This document shows positions 49,912 to 60,920 of a stretch of DNA of 64,000 nt, one piece after another. The stretch is from an uncultured Gemmatimonadales bacterium (GTDB lineage: Bacteria; Gemmatimonadota; Gemmatimonadetes; Gemmatimonadales; GWC2-71-9). Where the stretch lies: positions 32,001 to 96,000 of the forward strand of contig CAWCVB010000010.1 of assembly GCA_963798915.1 (NCBI GenBank), in the 5' to 3' direction. The notes beneath the pieces are model-generated. The model did not search any database, was not told where the DNA came from, and saw only the letters and a list, made by a program, of their open reading frames with translations. Within the stretch, counting starts at the first letter, position 1, and every line of letters begins with the position of its first letter. The position numbers and the translations under genes were made by a program.

Positions 49912-50600
49912 TGGGCCTTACCCTGAATCCTGCCGGCGCGGAACTGCTGGATCGCCCCGATGCCAATCCTGGCCTGGTCCGCCAGTCGCTCCAGAATATT
50001 GCGCGGGCCAACCGCTGGTTCGGCGGAAGCTGGGCCGTACGGTGGGGCGTTGGACGCGCCCTGGCCTCGCTGCCGCCGGGGACCCGGCTGCTGCTGCTCG
50101 ACGCAGGCGCCGGTGTCGGCGACCTGGCCGGCGAAGCTGAGCGCACTGGCCGCCGCCATGGCATGGCGCTCACCGCCTGGTGTGTCGATCGCCACCGTGA
50201 GGCCGCTCGGCTGGCGGCCGCCAATGCGCATGTGTCGCTGCAAGCGGATGCCGGCGATCTCCCGCTGCCCGCCCGCTCCGTCGATATTGTCCTGCTGAGC
50301 CAGCTGCTCCATCACTTCAGCCCGTCGTCCGCGGCAGTGCTGCTCCAGGAGGCCGCTCGCGTGGCCCGTCACAGTGTCATCGTGGCCGATCTGCGGCGCT
50401 CTTGGCTGGCAGCACTGGCCTTCCGGTTCGGCGCTCGCCTGCTTCGGTTCGACGCTGTCACCATCGAGGACGGACTGACATCGCTCCGCAGGGGCTTCAA
50501 TCGTGATGAACTCGCTGCAGTGTTCGCGGCTGCCGGACTGCAGGCAACGGTGACGCGCCGGCCCGGCTGGCGTCTCGTCGCGCTGGCAAGCGTGGCGTGA
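49911..50600 (+). CDS. SAM-dependent methyltransferase
   Basis: E.LD......SL.NI...N..FGG, LDAGAG.GD, LHHF and DL.R motifs. Confidence 0.9.
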   Translation: MGLTLNPAGAELLDRPDANPGLVRQSLQNIARANRWFGGSWAVRWGVGRALASLPPGTRLLLLDAGAGVGDLAGEAERTGRRHGMALTAWCVDRHREAARLAAANAHVSLQADAGDLPLPARSVDIVLLSQLLHHFSPSSAAVLLQEAARVARHSVIVADLRRSWLAALAFRFGARLLRFDAVTIEDGLTSLRRGFNRDELAAVFAAAGLQATVTRRPGWRLVALASVA

Positions 50601-51088
50601 GAACGGTGGATGAGTGCCATATCGCCGCCCCGGTCGAGGCGGTCTTCAGCGCAGCCTGCGAGGTTGCCGCCTGGCCTCGCCTCCTCTCGCACTACCGCAA
50701 GGTGACCGTGAAGCCGCACGAGGCGGACGGCAGCGCCGAGGTCGAAATGGCCGCGTGGCGCCCGTTCGGCCTGGGTCGATGGCCGGTCTGGTGGGTGGCG
50801 GAGATGAGGATCGATGACCCTGCGAAGACGGTGACCTACCGCCACATCAGGGGAATCACGACAGGGATGGATGTCGTCTGGCGGGTGGTGGCTGGCGAGC
50901 ACGGGACCGACGTCTCCATTGAGCACACCTGGCGCGGGCCTGGCTGGCCCCTGATCGGGCGAGTCGCCGCGGACATGGTCATCGGTCCAGTATTCATTCA
51001 CGGAATAGCGTCGCGTACCCTGGCCGGGCTTGCGGCGGTGTTGGAGACGCAGGTCCGCCATGGCGAGATCGCCGTGCGGCAACGGTAG
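50597..51088 (+). CDS. SRPBCC / polyketide cyclase-dehydrase family protein
   Basis: I.AP.E.VF.....V..WP..L.HY START-fold N-terminus; GTGA overlap with the methyltransferase gene. Confidence 0.85.
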   Translation: MRTVDECHIAAPVEAVFSAACEVAAWPRLLSHYRKVTVKPHEADGSAEVEMAAWRPFGLGRWPVWWVAEMRIDDPAKTVTYRHIRGITTGMDVVWRVVAGEHGTDVSIEHTWRGPGWPLIGRVAADMVIGPVFIHGIASRTLAGLAAVLETQVRHGEIAVRQR

Positions 51089-51112
51089 GGCCGGCTCGCG
51101 GGCCGGCCCTAC
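51085..51112. repeat. GTAG-bounded REP-like palindrome
   Basis: GTAGGGCCGGC-N6-GCCGGCCCTAC, overlapping the SRPBCC stop codon. Confidence 0.65.
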
Positions 51113-51142
51113 GCATCCACGTTTGGAATCAGGAATCCACAG

Positions 51143-52387
51143 ATGACCGCATTACGCCGCGTCGTTGTCACTGGCATCGGGGCAATCACGCCCATCGGCA
51201 TCGGCCGGAGCGGATTGACGGCCGGCCTCCGGGCCGGCCGGTCTGCCGTCCGGCCAATCACCAGGTTCGATCCCGCTCCCTTTCATTCCCAGATCGCCGC
51301 TGAAGTGACCGACTTCTTCGCCAACGATCACATCGAGGCGCGGAAGGTCAAGCGGCTCGACCGCTTCTCGCAATTCAGCGTCGCAGCGGCGCGGCTCGCG
51401 CTGACCGACGCAGAGCTCGATCTGGGCCGCGAAGATTCTGACCGGGTCGGTGCAATGATGGGCACCGCACTCGGCGGCGTGGCACACGGCGAGGCGCAGT
51501 CCCGGAAGTTCTATGCTGAGGGGCCGCGAGCCGTGGACCCGGGCCTGGCCCTCACGGTCTTTGCCGGCGCGGCAAGCTGCAATATCGCCATCGAATTCGG
51601 GGTCTGCGGACCCAATGCCACCAACGGCATGAGCTGCGCTTCCGGAACGATCGCGATCGGCGAGGCATTCCGGGCCATCGCCCTGGGGGATGCCGACGTG
51701 ATGATCGCGGGCGGCGCCGAGGCGCCGCTGGCCCCGCTGTGCTTCGGCGCGTTTGCCATCATCCGCGCCATGTCGACGCGCAACGATGACCCGTCCCATG
51801 CCAGCCGGCCATTCGATGTGGCGCGCGACGGCTTTGTCATGGGAGAAGGCGCGGCGATCCTCATTCTTGAGGAACGCTCCCGAGCCATCGCGCGAGGCGC
51901 CCCCATCTACGTTGAACTCTGCGGCTATGGATTGACCAACGATGCCCATCACATGACGGCGCCTCGTCCCGATGGCCGGCAGGCCGCCCGCGCCATGCGG
52001 CTGGCCCTGGGGCACGTGGCGCCAGCCGAGGTTGGTTACGTCAACGCGCATGGCTCCTCCACGCCGCTCAACGATCCTACCGAAAGCTCCTCGGTGCGGC
52101 AGGTATTCGGTGACCACGTGGCGGCACTGCCGGTCAGTGGCACCAAGGGCTACTATGGCCACGCTCTCGGCGCGAGCGGCGCCATCGAGGCGGCCATCTG
52201 TGCCCTGGCGAGCCGGGAGCGCTGGCTGCCGCCGACCGTCAACCTGGACGTGGCCGATCCCGCCTGCGACCTCAACCATGTTCGCGGCGCGGGACAGGAT
52301 GCCGATCCCGAGTACCTGCTGAGCAATTCCTTCGGCTTTGGCGGCATCAACGCGGCCCTGCTGTTTCGCCACGCCGACGGCCGCTGA
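51143..52387 (+). CDS. fabF: Beta-ketoacyl-ACP synthase (FabF / type II KS family)
   Basis: RRVVVTGIG, catalytic Cys (MSCASG), His residues (NAHGSST, GHALGA), SRPFD..RDGFVMGEG and NSFGFGG.N. Confidence 0.9.
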   Translation: MTALRRVVVTGIGAITPIGIGRSGLTAGLRAGRSAVRPITRFDPAPFHSQIAAEVTDFFANDHIEARKVKRLDRFSQFSVAAARLALTDAELDLGREDSDRVGAMMGTALGGVAHGEAQSRKFYAEGPRAVDPGLALTVFAGAASCNIAIEFGVCGPNATNGMSCASGTIAIGEAFRAIALGDADVMIAGGAEAPLAPLCFGAFAIIRAMSTRNDDPSHASRPFDVARDGFVMGEGAAILILEERSRAIARGAPIYVELCGYGLTNDAHHMTAPRPDGRQAARAMRLALGHVAPAEVGYVNAHGSSTPLNDPTESSSVRQVFGDHVAALPVSGTKGYYGHALGASGAIEAAICALASRERWLPPTVNLDVADPACDLNHVRGAGQDADPEYLLSNSFGFGGINAALLFRHADGR

Positions 52388-52453
52388 GCGCTTGTCCCTC
52401 GGCCCGGTCGCCCGTAGATTCGCCCCGACTCAACCTTCTCGCGAGGTCACTGC

Positions 52454-53158
52454 ATGCGCGGTCTCAGTCGTCGGTTCGTCGCCGAGATGCTCGGCACATT
52501 CACGCTGGTGTACTTCGGCAGTGCGGCGGTCATCGCCAATGCCTATCCGGGGGCCGGCTTCGGGCTGCTCGGCATCGCACTGGTGCACGCACTGGCTCTT
52601 TCCATCGGCGTGACTGCGACCATGAACATTTCGGGCGGCCACCTCAACCCGGCCGTGACCATCGGGCTGCTGGCCGGCCGGCGGGTGGACTTCACGACGG
52701 CCCTGGTGCATCTCGCCGCGCAGGTGGCGGCGGCGCTGCTGGCAGCCTTGGCGCTCAAGGCCTCATTTCCGCACGGCGTGGCCAAGGTCGTCGGCTATGG
52801 TGTGCCCCAGCTCAACATCAACATCTCCATGGGCCAGGGCATCTTCCTGGAGGCCATCGGCGCCTTCTTCCTGGTGAGCGCGGTGTACGGCACCGCCGTC
52901 GCGCCGACCGCCCCGAAGGTGGGAGGCTTCGGCATCGGCCTCTCGCTGGTCTTCATCATCATGGCCCTCGGCCCGCTGACGGGTGCCGCGGTGAACCCGG
53001 CACGCGCGTTGGGACCGGCAATCGCATCGGGACAGTGGACCGCCCAGCTTGCCTATTGGATTGGCCCCATCCTGGGCGGAGTGCTGGCGGCGCTGGTGTG
53101 GGAGTTTTTCCTGATGGGCCGGCGTGGTGAGGAAGAGCACCTGAGGGCTGAAGGCTGA
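52454..53158 (+). CDS. Aquaporin (MIP family)
   Basis: SGGHLNPAVT and NPAR.LGP motifs; YW.GP..GG. Confidence 0.95.
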   Translation: MRGLSRRFVAEMLGTFTLVYFGSAAVIANAYPGAGFGLLGIALVHALALSIGVTATMNISGGHLNPAVTIGLLAGRRVDFTTALVHLAAQVAAALLAALALKASFPHGVAKVVGYGVPQLNINISMGQGIFLEAIGAFFLVSAVYGTAVAPTAPKVGGFGIGLSLVFIIMALGPLTGAAVNPARALGPAIASGQWTAQLAYWIGPILGGVLAALVWEFFLMGRRGEEEHLRAEG

Positions 53159-53231
53159 AGGCTGAGGGCTGAAGGCTGAAGGCGAGAAGGTGCGCTTTCA
53201 GCCTTCAGCTTTTTGCCTTTGGCTTTCAGCC
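53141..53231. repeat. 7-mer tandem repeat (GCTGAAG/GCTGAGG)n and inverted copies
   Basis: About six units at 53141-53182; reverse-complement units at 53196-53231. Confidence 0.8.
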
Positions 53232-53332
53232 CGCACCCTCATCCCCAACCTCACCCAGTATCCCACCAGCACCACCGCCGTGATGACATAGGCCGCCACC
53301 ATGTATCCGCCGTTCTGCGGCGTCTCATGCAT
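53198..53332 (-). CDS. ccmD: Heme exporter protein CcmD-like (44 aa; missed by the ORF track)
   Basis: MHETPQNGGYMVAAYVITAVVLVGYWVRLGMRVRAESQRQKAEG: Y..AY..T TM plus basic tail, GGAGG RBS, overlaps the ccmC end. Confidence 0.75.
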   Translation of the reverse strand: MHETPQNGGYMVAAYVITAVVLVGYWVRLGMRVRAESQRQKAEG

Positions 53333-54035
53333 CGGTGTTTCCCTCCAGTTCCGTCTCGCGCGATCTCGCCAGCAGGCCCAGCCCGTAACGGGTGGTCACG
53401 AAGCCCACGAAGAGAACCAGGTCAACCAGGAACGCAATCAGCAGCGTCTGCAGCATTGAATCCGGCAGCGATGGCGCGCTGGGCTTGAGCACCACCGGCA
53501 TGGGATGAATGGTCCGGAACAGGTAGACGCTGAGATGCACGAACGGCACCAGCAGGCACCCCAGGATCGCCACCACCGCACCATAGCGTGCCCGCTCGTC
53601 CGGATCGGCAATTGCCGCCCGGAGGGAGAGATAGCCGACAAAGAGGAAGAACAGGAACAGCGTAAGGGTGAGCCGCGCATCCCATTGCCACCATGCGCCC
53701 CAGATCGGCTTGGCCCAGAGCGGACCGGTCGTCAGCATCACGATGCTGAACACCACCCCGACCTCCGCCGCTGAGGACGCGAACAGGTCGAGGCGCTCAT
53801 CCCGCAGCCAGAGGTAAAGCGCGCTGGTGATGCCAACGATGGAGAAGACGAGCAGCGACGTCCAGGCCGCGGGAACGTGCAGGTAGAAGATTTTCTGGGC
53901 CAGGCCCTGGCTGACTTCCATGGGCGCATACCGCTGGGCCAGCAGGTAGACGCCCGCCAGCAGCACCAGGCCGATGGTCGTGATGACCCGGCCCCGGCGC
54001 GCGATCGTGAGCCCACGGACTCTCTCGGCGATCAT
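53325..54035 (-). CDS. ccmC: Heme exporter protein CcmC
   Basis: IFYLHVP.AW, WAKP.WG.WW.WD.RLT (WWD domain) and R..HP. Confidence 0.96.
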   Translation of the reverse strand: MIAERVRGLTIARRGRVITTIGLVLLAGVYLLAQRYAPMEVSQGLAQKIFYLHVPAAWTSLLVFSIVGITSALYLWLRDERLDLFASSAAEVGVVFSIVMLTTGPLWAKPIWGAWWQWDARLTLTLFLFFLFVGYLSLRAAIADPDERARYGAVVAILGCLLVPFVHLSVYLFRTIHPMPVVLKPSAPSLPDSMLQTLLIAFLVDLVLFVGFVTTRYGLGLLARSRETELEGNTDA

Positions 54036-54712
54036 TCGTCGGCCACCGCGGGAAAAATGAGAATGGAGACTGTCACGAACACCACGTCGTACACGGCGAG
54101 TAACCTAAGCCAGCCATACACTTCGCTCAACGGACGATCCGCGAAGAGTCGTGCCGTCACCTGCACCGCGCCGATCAGTGGCGGAAGCATGAACGGCAGC
54201 AGCAGCAGCGGCAGCATGAGTTCGGCGAACCGGGTGCGGACCGCCATGGCGCTGAACAAGGTGCCCACCGCGACGAACCCCACCGTGGCAAGCACCGTCA
54301 CCAGCGCGATCGGTCCCAGAATGTGCCAGACCGGGCGGTTGAAGAACACCACGAACAGCGGCAGCGCCACGAGCTCGACGGTAAAGACAAACGCAAGGTT
54401 GGCCAGCAGCTTGCCCGTGAAGATGGCCTCTCGCGCCACCGGAGCCAGCCGAAGCAGGTCGAGGGCCGCGTGCTCCTTCTCCATCCCGAACGCACGGTTC
54501 AGCGTGGTCATCGCCCCGAAGGCGAAGGTGATCCACAGCGCGCTTGGCGCCAGGTCCGCCAGGCCAAGGCGGGTCGGGTCCCGGGCAAAGTTGAACACCA
54601 CCAGCACGAGGGCCGCGAACACCAGTGCCGACGTGAGCGCCGTCCGATTCCGGAACTCGACGCGCATGTCGCGTCCGGCAAGCGCCAGCGCCGCCCGCAG
54701 CGCCTCAACCAC
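54032..54712 (-). CDS. ccmB: Heme exporter protein CcmB
   Basis: RD...E.R, LW....F, F..E.E...LD.L and LLLPF..P; GTG start overlapping ccmA. Confidence 0.93.
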   Translation of the reverse strand: MVEALRAALALAGRDMRVEFRNRTALTSALVFAALVLVVFNFARDPTRLGLADLAPSALWITFAFGAMTTLNRAFGMEKEHAALDLLRLAPVAREAIFTGKLLANLAFVFTVELVALPLFVVFFNRPVWHILGPIALVTVLATVGFVAVGTLFSAMAVRTRFAELMLPLLLLPFMLPPLIGAVQVTARLFADRPLSEVYGWLRLLAVYDVVFVTVSILIFPAVADE

Positions 54713-55424
54713 TGCGCAGCGGCTCGAGCAGGAGATCCATGGTGGCAGCGCCGGCCGCACTGGGCTCGTCCAGCACGATCCTGCCCGCCCGCAGGCCGAC
54801 GACACGGGTCGCCACCGCCCAGGCTTCGGCGGGCTGGTGCGTCACGATGATCGTGATGCAGCCATCGGCCGCCGACGTGGTGATGAGGTCGCGCAGCGCG
54901 CCGCCGGCCAGCGCATCGAGACCGGTGAACGGTTCATCCAGCAGCAGCAGTCGGGGACCATGCAGCAGGGACCGGGCGATCGCTGCGCGCTGCTGCATGC
55001 CCCGGCTCAGCGCGGGGGGGCGGTCGTGCTGTCGGCCGGAGAGACCGGCGCGACCAATTGCCTCCTGCGCGACATCGCGTGGATGCGAAAGTCCGTGCAG
55101 GCGGGCGGCGAAAGTCAGGTTTTCGAGCAGGGTCAGGTCGTCGTGCAGCCAAGTCTGGTGCGCCACGAAGCCGATCGAACGGCGCGAGGCCGGGTCGCCG
55201 CTGCGCACCTTGCGTCCGTCCAGCAGCACTTGACCGCGGGTCGGGCGGGCCAGACCGGCGAGGCAGCGCAGGAGCGTCGTCTTGCCGGCGCCATTCGGTC
55301 CGACCAGCAGCAGCGTCTCGCCGGCTTCGGCCATAAGCGAAACGCCCGCCAATGCGCGGCGGGCGCCGAATGCACGCTCAAGGTCGGTGGCGGCGAGACG
55401 TGACCCCTCAGAGGGCCGCATCAA
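54705..55424 (-). CDS. ccmA: Heme ABC exporter ATP-binding protein CcmA
   Basis: GPNGAGKTT, LSRGMQQR and LLDEPFTGLD; upstream of ccmB. Confidence 0.93.
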   Translation of the reverse strand: MMRPSEGSRLAATDLERAFGARRALAGVSLMAEAGETLLLVGPNGAGKTTLLRCLAGLARPTRGQVLLDGRKVRSGDPASRRSIGFVAHQTWLHDDLTLLENLTFAARLHGLSHPRDVAQEAIGRAGLSGRQHDRPPALSRGMQQRAAIARSLLHGPRLLLLDEPFTGLDALAGGALRDLITTSAADGCITIIVTHQPAEAWAVATRVVGLRAGRIVLDEPSAAGAATMDLLLEPLRSG

Positions 55425-55776
55425 TGCGGGCGCCGAGCTCGTCGAGGCGGAAGGGCTTTACGATGTAGTCGGTATAGGGAACGTCGAGCAGCTGCAATTG
55501 GGGCTCGATGCTGAGGAACGCGGTCGCAATGATCACGGGCAATTCCGGCTGGGACTGATGGATCTCGCGAAGCAACGCCACACCGTCAGTGTCGGGGAGA
55601 CGCATGTCCAGGACAGCAACATCTGGCGTCTCTTCGGCCAGGCACGCCAGCGCTTCGGCGCCCGAAGTGGCAAACGTCAGATCGTACCGTGAAGAGAAAA
55701 ATCGCTTGTAATGATTACGGAGGGCGGGTTCATCCTCGACGATCAGGATGTGCCGCCGAACCGGACGCTCAGCCAT
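55408..55776 (-). CDS. Single-domain response regulator (receiver)
   Basis: ILIVEDE, LDMRLP..DG, TA and KPF. Confidence 0.9.
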   Translation of the reverse strand: MAERPVRRHILIVEDEPALRNHYKRFFSSRYDLTFATSGAEALACLAEETPDVAVLDMRLPDTDGVALLREIHQSQPELPVIIATAFLSIEPQLQLLDVPYTDYIVKPFRLDELGARIDAAL

Positions 55777-55887
55777 ATCGGGAACCCGGGACCGGGCATA
55801 TGCTCCACGTTCTGGACGCCGAGCGGATCGCAGCGGCGCCAGCCATCGTGCAACATTAATGGAAAGGATCGGCATCGTCCACCCGTT

Positions 55888-55921
55888 GTGGGTCGTGGGT
55901 CACGGGTCGTGGGACGTGGGC
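55888..55921. repeat. Degenerate 7-mer repeat (GTGGGTC)n
   Basis: GTGGGTCGTGGGTCACGGGTCGTGGGACGTGGG; the reverse-complement family also occurs near 1121-1140. Confidence 0.55.
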
Positions 55922-55929
55922 CTCATGAC

Positions 55930-56229
55930 TCACGTCCGTCCCGGCTCCAGTTCGAAGAGATCGGCCAGCTTGGTCAGGGCCAGGAGAAACCGGAGCTCAT
56001 CGTTAGGATTCCGGAGCACCACCGGCAGCCGTCGCCGGGCAGCATGGCGCTGCGCCAGCATGAGTGCTCCGAGTCCGGCCGAATCCACGGTCCGGGTCCC
56101 GGCAAGTTCAATTACGAGCGGCCCATCCCCCTCCGGAAGCGCATCCAGGGCTTCCACGGCGGCCCGCAGAAATTCGACGCGGGTATCGAGGCCCAGATTG
56201 ACTGGGGCCGTAAGCGCACGCGCTTCCAT
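55930..56229 (-). CDS. STAS domain protein (anti-sigma factor antagonist)
   Basis: VDSAGLG.L phospho-Ser motif and L.LTKL..LF. Confidence 0.9.
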   Translation of the reverse strand: MEARALTAPVNLGLDTRVEFLRAAVEALDALPEGDGPLVIELAGTRTVDSAGLGALMLAQRHAARRRLPVVLRNPNDELRFLLALTKLADLFELEPGRT

Positions 56230-56590
56230 CTGGCTGGCCTTCACGCTACCTCCCAGGCCCGATGAAAGCATCGCGCTGATCCTGCAAGCGCGGCCGGTCT
56301 GCGTTCGGCACCGAGCTATCCTGCGGCATACTTCCTGTGCCGTCAGGACCTCTGGTTTTGCGGCCCCGGATTACTCCGGGTGTGCTCTTATCGGGCAGAT
56401 CAGATTGTCTGCGTCCGCAAGTGCGGGCGCACCGACCCTGAAGGCGAGACCAGTGCCAGCATCGTAATCTATTGACAGGCAAGGGATTGCAAGCGGTCCA
56501 TGCGAGAAGTTGCAGATCGCTCCGCCGCAGCGTGCGGCAGGAATTGGAGATTCGCACTAGTTTCCCTGCTTCCTCACCCCGACGCCGATC

Positions 56591-58537
<1,947 letters not shown>

Positions 58538-58545
58538 GGGGCCGC

Positions 58546-60492
58546 CTAGATCTGGATTTGCGCCCCCAGCTCGACCACCCGATTGGGCGGCAGCCCGAAG
58601 AAGGCCGTCGCCGAGCGGGCATTCCGCGTCATGACCACGAAGAGCCGCTTCCGCCAGTAGGTCATCCAGCGATCGCCGGCCGCGCCGCTGGCCCCGTGGC
58701 GGAAATGCGTGGCGATCAGCGTCTCCCGCCCAAGAAAGAACGAGGTCTGCATGATGCTGACCAGCCCCGGTGAGCCCTTGATGTCGCCGTCATCAAGCCG
58801 TCGGAGGACGGCCGGCACATTGGGCGTTTCCATGAAGCCGGTGCGCACAATAACCTGGAAGAAGCCTGCGCCGAGATCCCGGCTCTCGATGCGGTCGCGC
58901 TCGTAGACCGTCGGTACTTCCTCGGTGATGACGGACATGAGAATGACGCGCTCGTGCAGCACCTTGTTGTGCTTCAGGTGGTGCAGCAGCACCGGCGGCG
59001 CCACACCGGTGGCGCTGGTCATGAAGACCGCGATCCCGGGCACACGGGCGGGCTTGCGCCGCTCGATGTCCTGCAGGAAGAGCGAGAGCGGGAGGCTGTT
59101 CTGCTGCACGATGTCGCCCAGCTTGTCCCGGCCGCGTTTCCAGGTAGTCATCAGGGTATAGACCGCAGCCGCAACGGCCAGCGGGAACCAGCCACCTTCC
59201 TCGATCTTCACAATGTTTGCCGAGAAGAAGGCAACGTCCACGACCAGGAACAGCCCGGTCAGCAGCCCCGCATTGAGGCGGCTCCAGTGCCAGCGGTCCC
59301 GCGCCACCCGATGAAACAGCAGGGTGGTGATGATCATGGTGCCGGTCACGGCAATGCCGTATGCCGCGGCCAGATTGGACGTGTTCCGGAAGCCGAGCAC
59401 CAGGAGGATGCAGGCCACGCCCAGGGCCGAGTTGACTTCGGGAATGTAGATCTGGCCAACCTCGGTATGCGAGGTGTGCACAATCGTGACCCGGGGACTG
59501 TAGCCGAGTTGCACGGCCTGCCGCGTGAGCGAGAAGGCGCCCGAGATGAGCGCCTGCGATGCGACGATCGCGGCGAACGTCGCGATGACAATCATGGGGT
59601 ACTGGAACCAGCCCGGCACCAGTTCGTAGAACGGGTTGACCGCCAGTGCCGGGGTTTCCAGCAGCATGCCCGCCTGGCCGAAGTAGTTGAGCAGCAGCGC
59701 CGGCAGCGCGAGGCCGAACCACGCCACCCGGATGGGGCGCTTGCCGAAGTGACCCATGTCGGCGTACAGCGCCTCACCACCGGTGACGACGAGCACCACC
59801 GCGCCAAGGATCAGGAAGCCCGCGAGGCGGTCCCGAATGAACAGGTCAATGGCGGCCCACGGGTTGAGGGCGGCCAGCACGCCCGGGTGCATGGCGATGC
59901 CGCGCACGCCGAGGCACGCGATCGACACGAACCAGACGATCATGACCGGGCCGAAGAAGCGTCCGATCCGCGCCGTCCCGTGGCGCTGGAACCAGAACAG
60001 AGCTCCCAGAATCATGGCGGCAATCGGGATGACCAGGTGCTGGAGCGCTGGCGCCTTGACCCGCAGGCCTTCCACCGCCCCCAGCACCGAGATCGCGGGC
60101 GTGATGACGCCGTCACCGTAGAGCAACGCGGCGCCGAACAGGCCGATGCTGATCAGCACCCAGTGCCCCTTGCCCCGTCCGCCACGCGGGCGCACCAGTG
60201 CCAGCAGGGCAAGGATGCCACCCTCGCCCCGGTTGTCGGCCCGCATGACAAATCCGATGTACTTGAACGAGATGACGAAGGCGAGCGACCAGAACACCAA
60301 TGAGAGCACGCCGAGGATGTTGTCGGGCGTCGGCGGAATGCTGTGATGTCCGGTGAACGCTTCCTGCAGCGCGTACAATGGACTGGTCCCGATATCCCCG
60401 TACACGACGCCGAGCGCCCCGAGCGAAAGTCCGGCCAGGGCCTTGCCGGTAGGATGCTCCTTCTCGTGAGCGTGACTGACGGAGTGGCTCAC
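58546..60492 (-). CDS. kup: KUP/HAK/KT potassium transporter
   Basis: GVVYGDIGTSPLY, DNRGEGG, GEALYADMGHF and GQIYIP; GTGA overlap with the VKOR stop. Confidence 0.97.
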   Translation of the reverse strand: MSHSVSHAHEKEHPTGKALAGLSLGALGVVYGDIGTSPLYALQEAFTGHHSIPPTPDNILGVLSLVFWSLAFVISFKYIGFVMRADNRGEGGILALLALVRPRGGRGKGHWVLISIGLFGAALLYGDGVITPAISVLGAVEGLRVKAPALQHLVIPIAAMILGALFWFQRHGTARIGRFFGPVMIVWFVSIACLGVRGIAMHPGVLAALNPWAAIDLFIRDRLAGFLILGAVVLVVTGGEALYADMGHFGKRPIRVAWFGLALPALLLNYFGQAGMLLETPALAVNPFYELVPGWFQYPMIVIATFAAIVASQALISGAFSLTRQAVQLGYSPRVTIVHTSHTEVGQIYIPEVNSALGVACILLVLGFRNTSNLAAAYGIAVTGTMIITTLLFHRVARDRWHWSRLNAGLLTGLFLVVDVAFFSANIVKIEEGGWFPLAVAAAVYTLMTTWKRGRDKLGDIVQQNSLPLSLFLQDIERRKPARVPGIAVFMTSATGVAPPVLLHHLKHNKVLHERVILMSVITEEVPTVYERDRIESRDLGAGFFQVIVRTGFMETPNVPAVLRRLDDGDIKGSPGLVSIMQTSFFLGRETLIATHFRHGASGAAGDRWMTYWRKRLFVVMTRNARSATAFFGLPPNRVVELGAQIQI

Positions 60493-60920
60493 GCCCGAGC
60501 GCCTGCCAGACGTCGCAAGTCCAGGATGGACACCAGGAAGATGAGAGTGATGAGCACCGCAGAGCCCACGCACCACCGGCAGATGGCGTGGATGACAAAG
60601 AGTTCGAGCGCCGTCAGGTAGAGGGCAAACAGAGTGCCCGCTCCGGAGAGCCCGGCCAGCCAGCGACTCGGCCAGCGCGCGAACTCGAGCGCCGGGCGGG
60701 CGGCCGCGAGGGCCAGCGCCAGCAGCACCAGATAGCCCAGCAGGCCGATGAGTGAGACCTCGACGCCAAGAAACCGGCTCCATGGTGACAGCTGCACCGT
60801 CTCGCAACTCCCGGTACCGCAGACCATGGTGCCAATCCGGCCGATCTTGTACAGATAGAGGTAGGCGGCCAGGAAGACACCCCCGAGCGCCAGCACGGCC
60901 GCAGCCATGCGATACTTCAT
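60489..60920 (-). CDS. Vitamin K epoxide reductase (VKOR) family disulfide-bond formation protein
   Basis: Loop CGTGSC..V..S.WS and active-site C.WC; 4 TM. Confidence 0.93.
   Translation of the reverse strand: MKYRMAAAVLALGGVFLAAYLYLYKIGRIGTMVCGTGSCETVQLSPWSRFLGVEVSLIGLLGYLVLLALALAAARPALEFARWPSRWLAGLSGAGTLFALYLTALELFVIHAICRWCVGSAVLITLIFLVSILDLRRLAGARA

Noticed and set aside
51143..52387. Canonical type II aromatic PKS
   Set aside because: No chain-length factor or ACP is in the window; reported only as a KS/cyclase candidate cluster.
56230..56590. Sigma70 promoter or sRNA upstream of acs (TTGACA at 56472)
   Set aside because: No -10 element at 16-18 bp spacing and no convincing structure.
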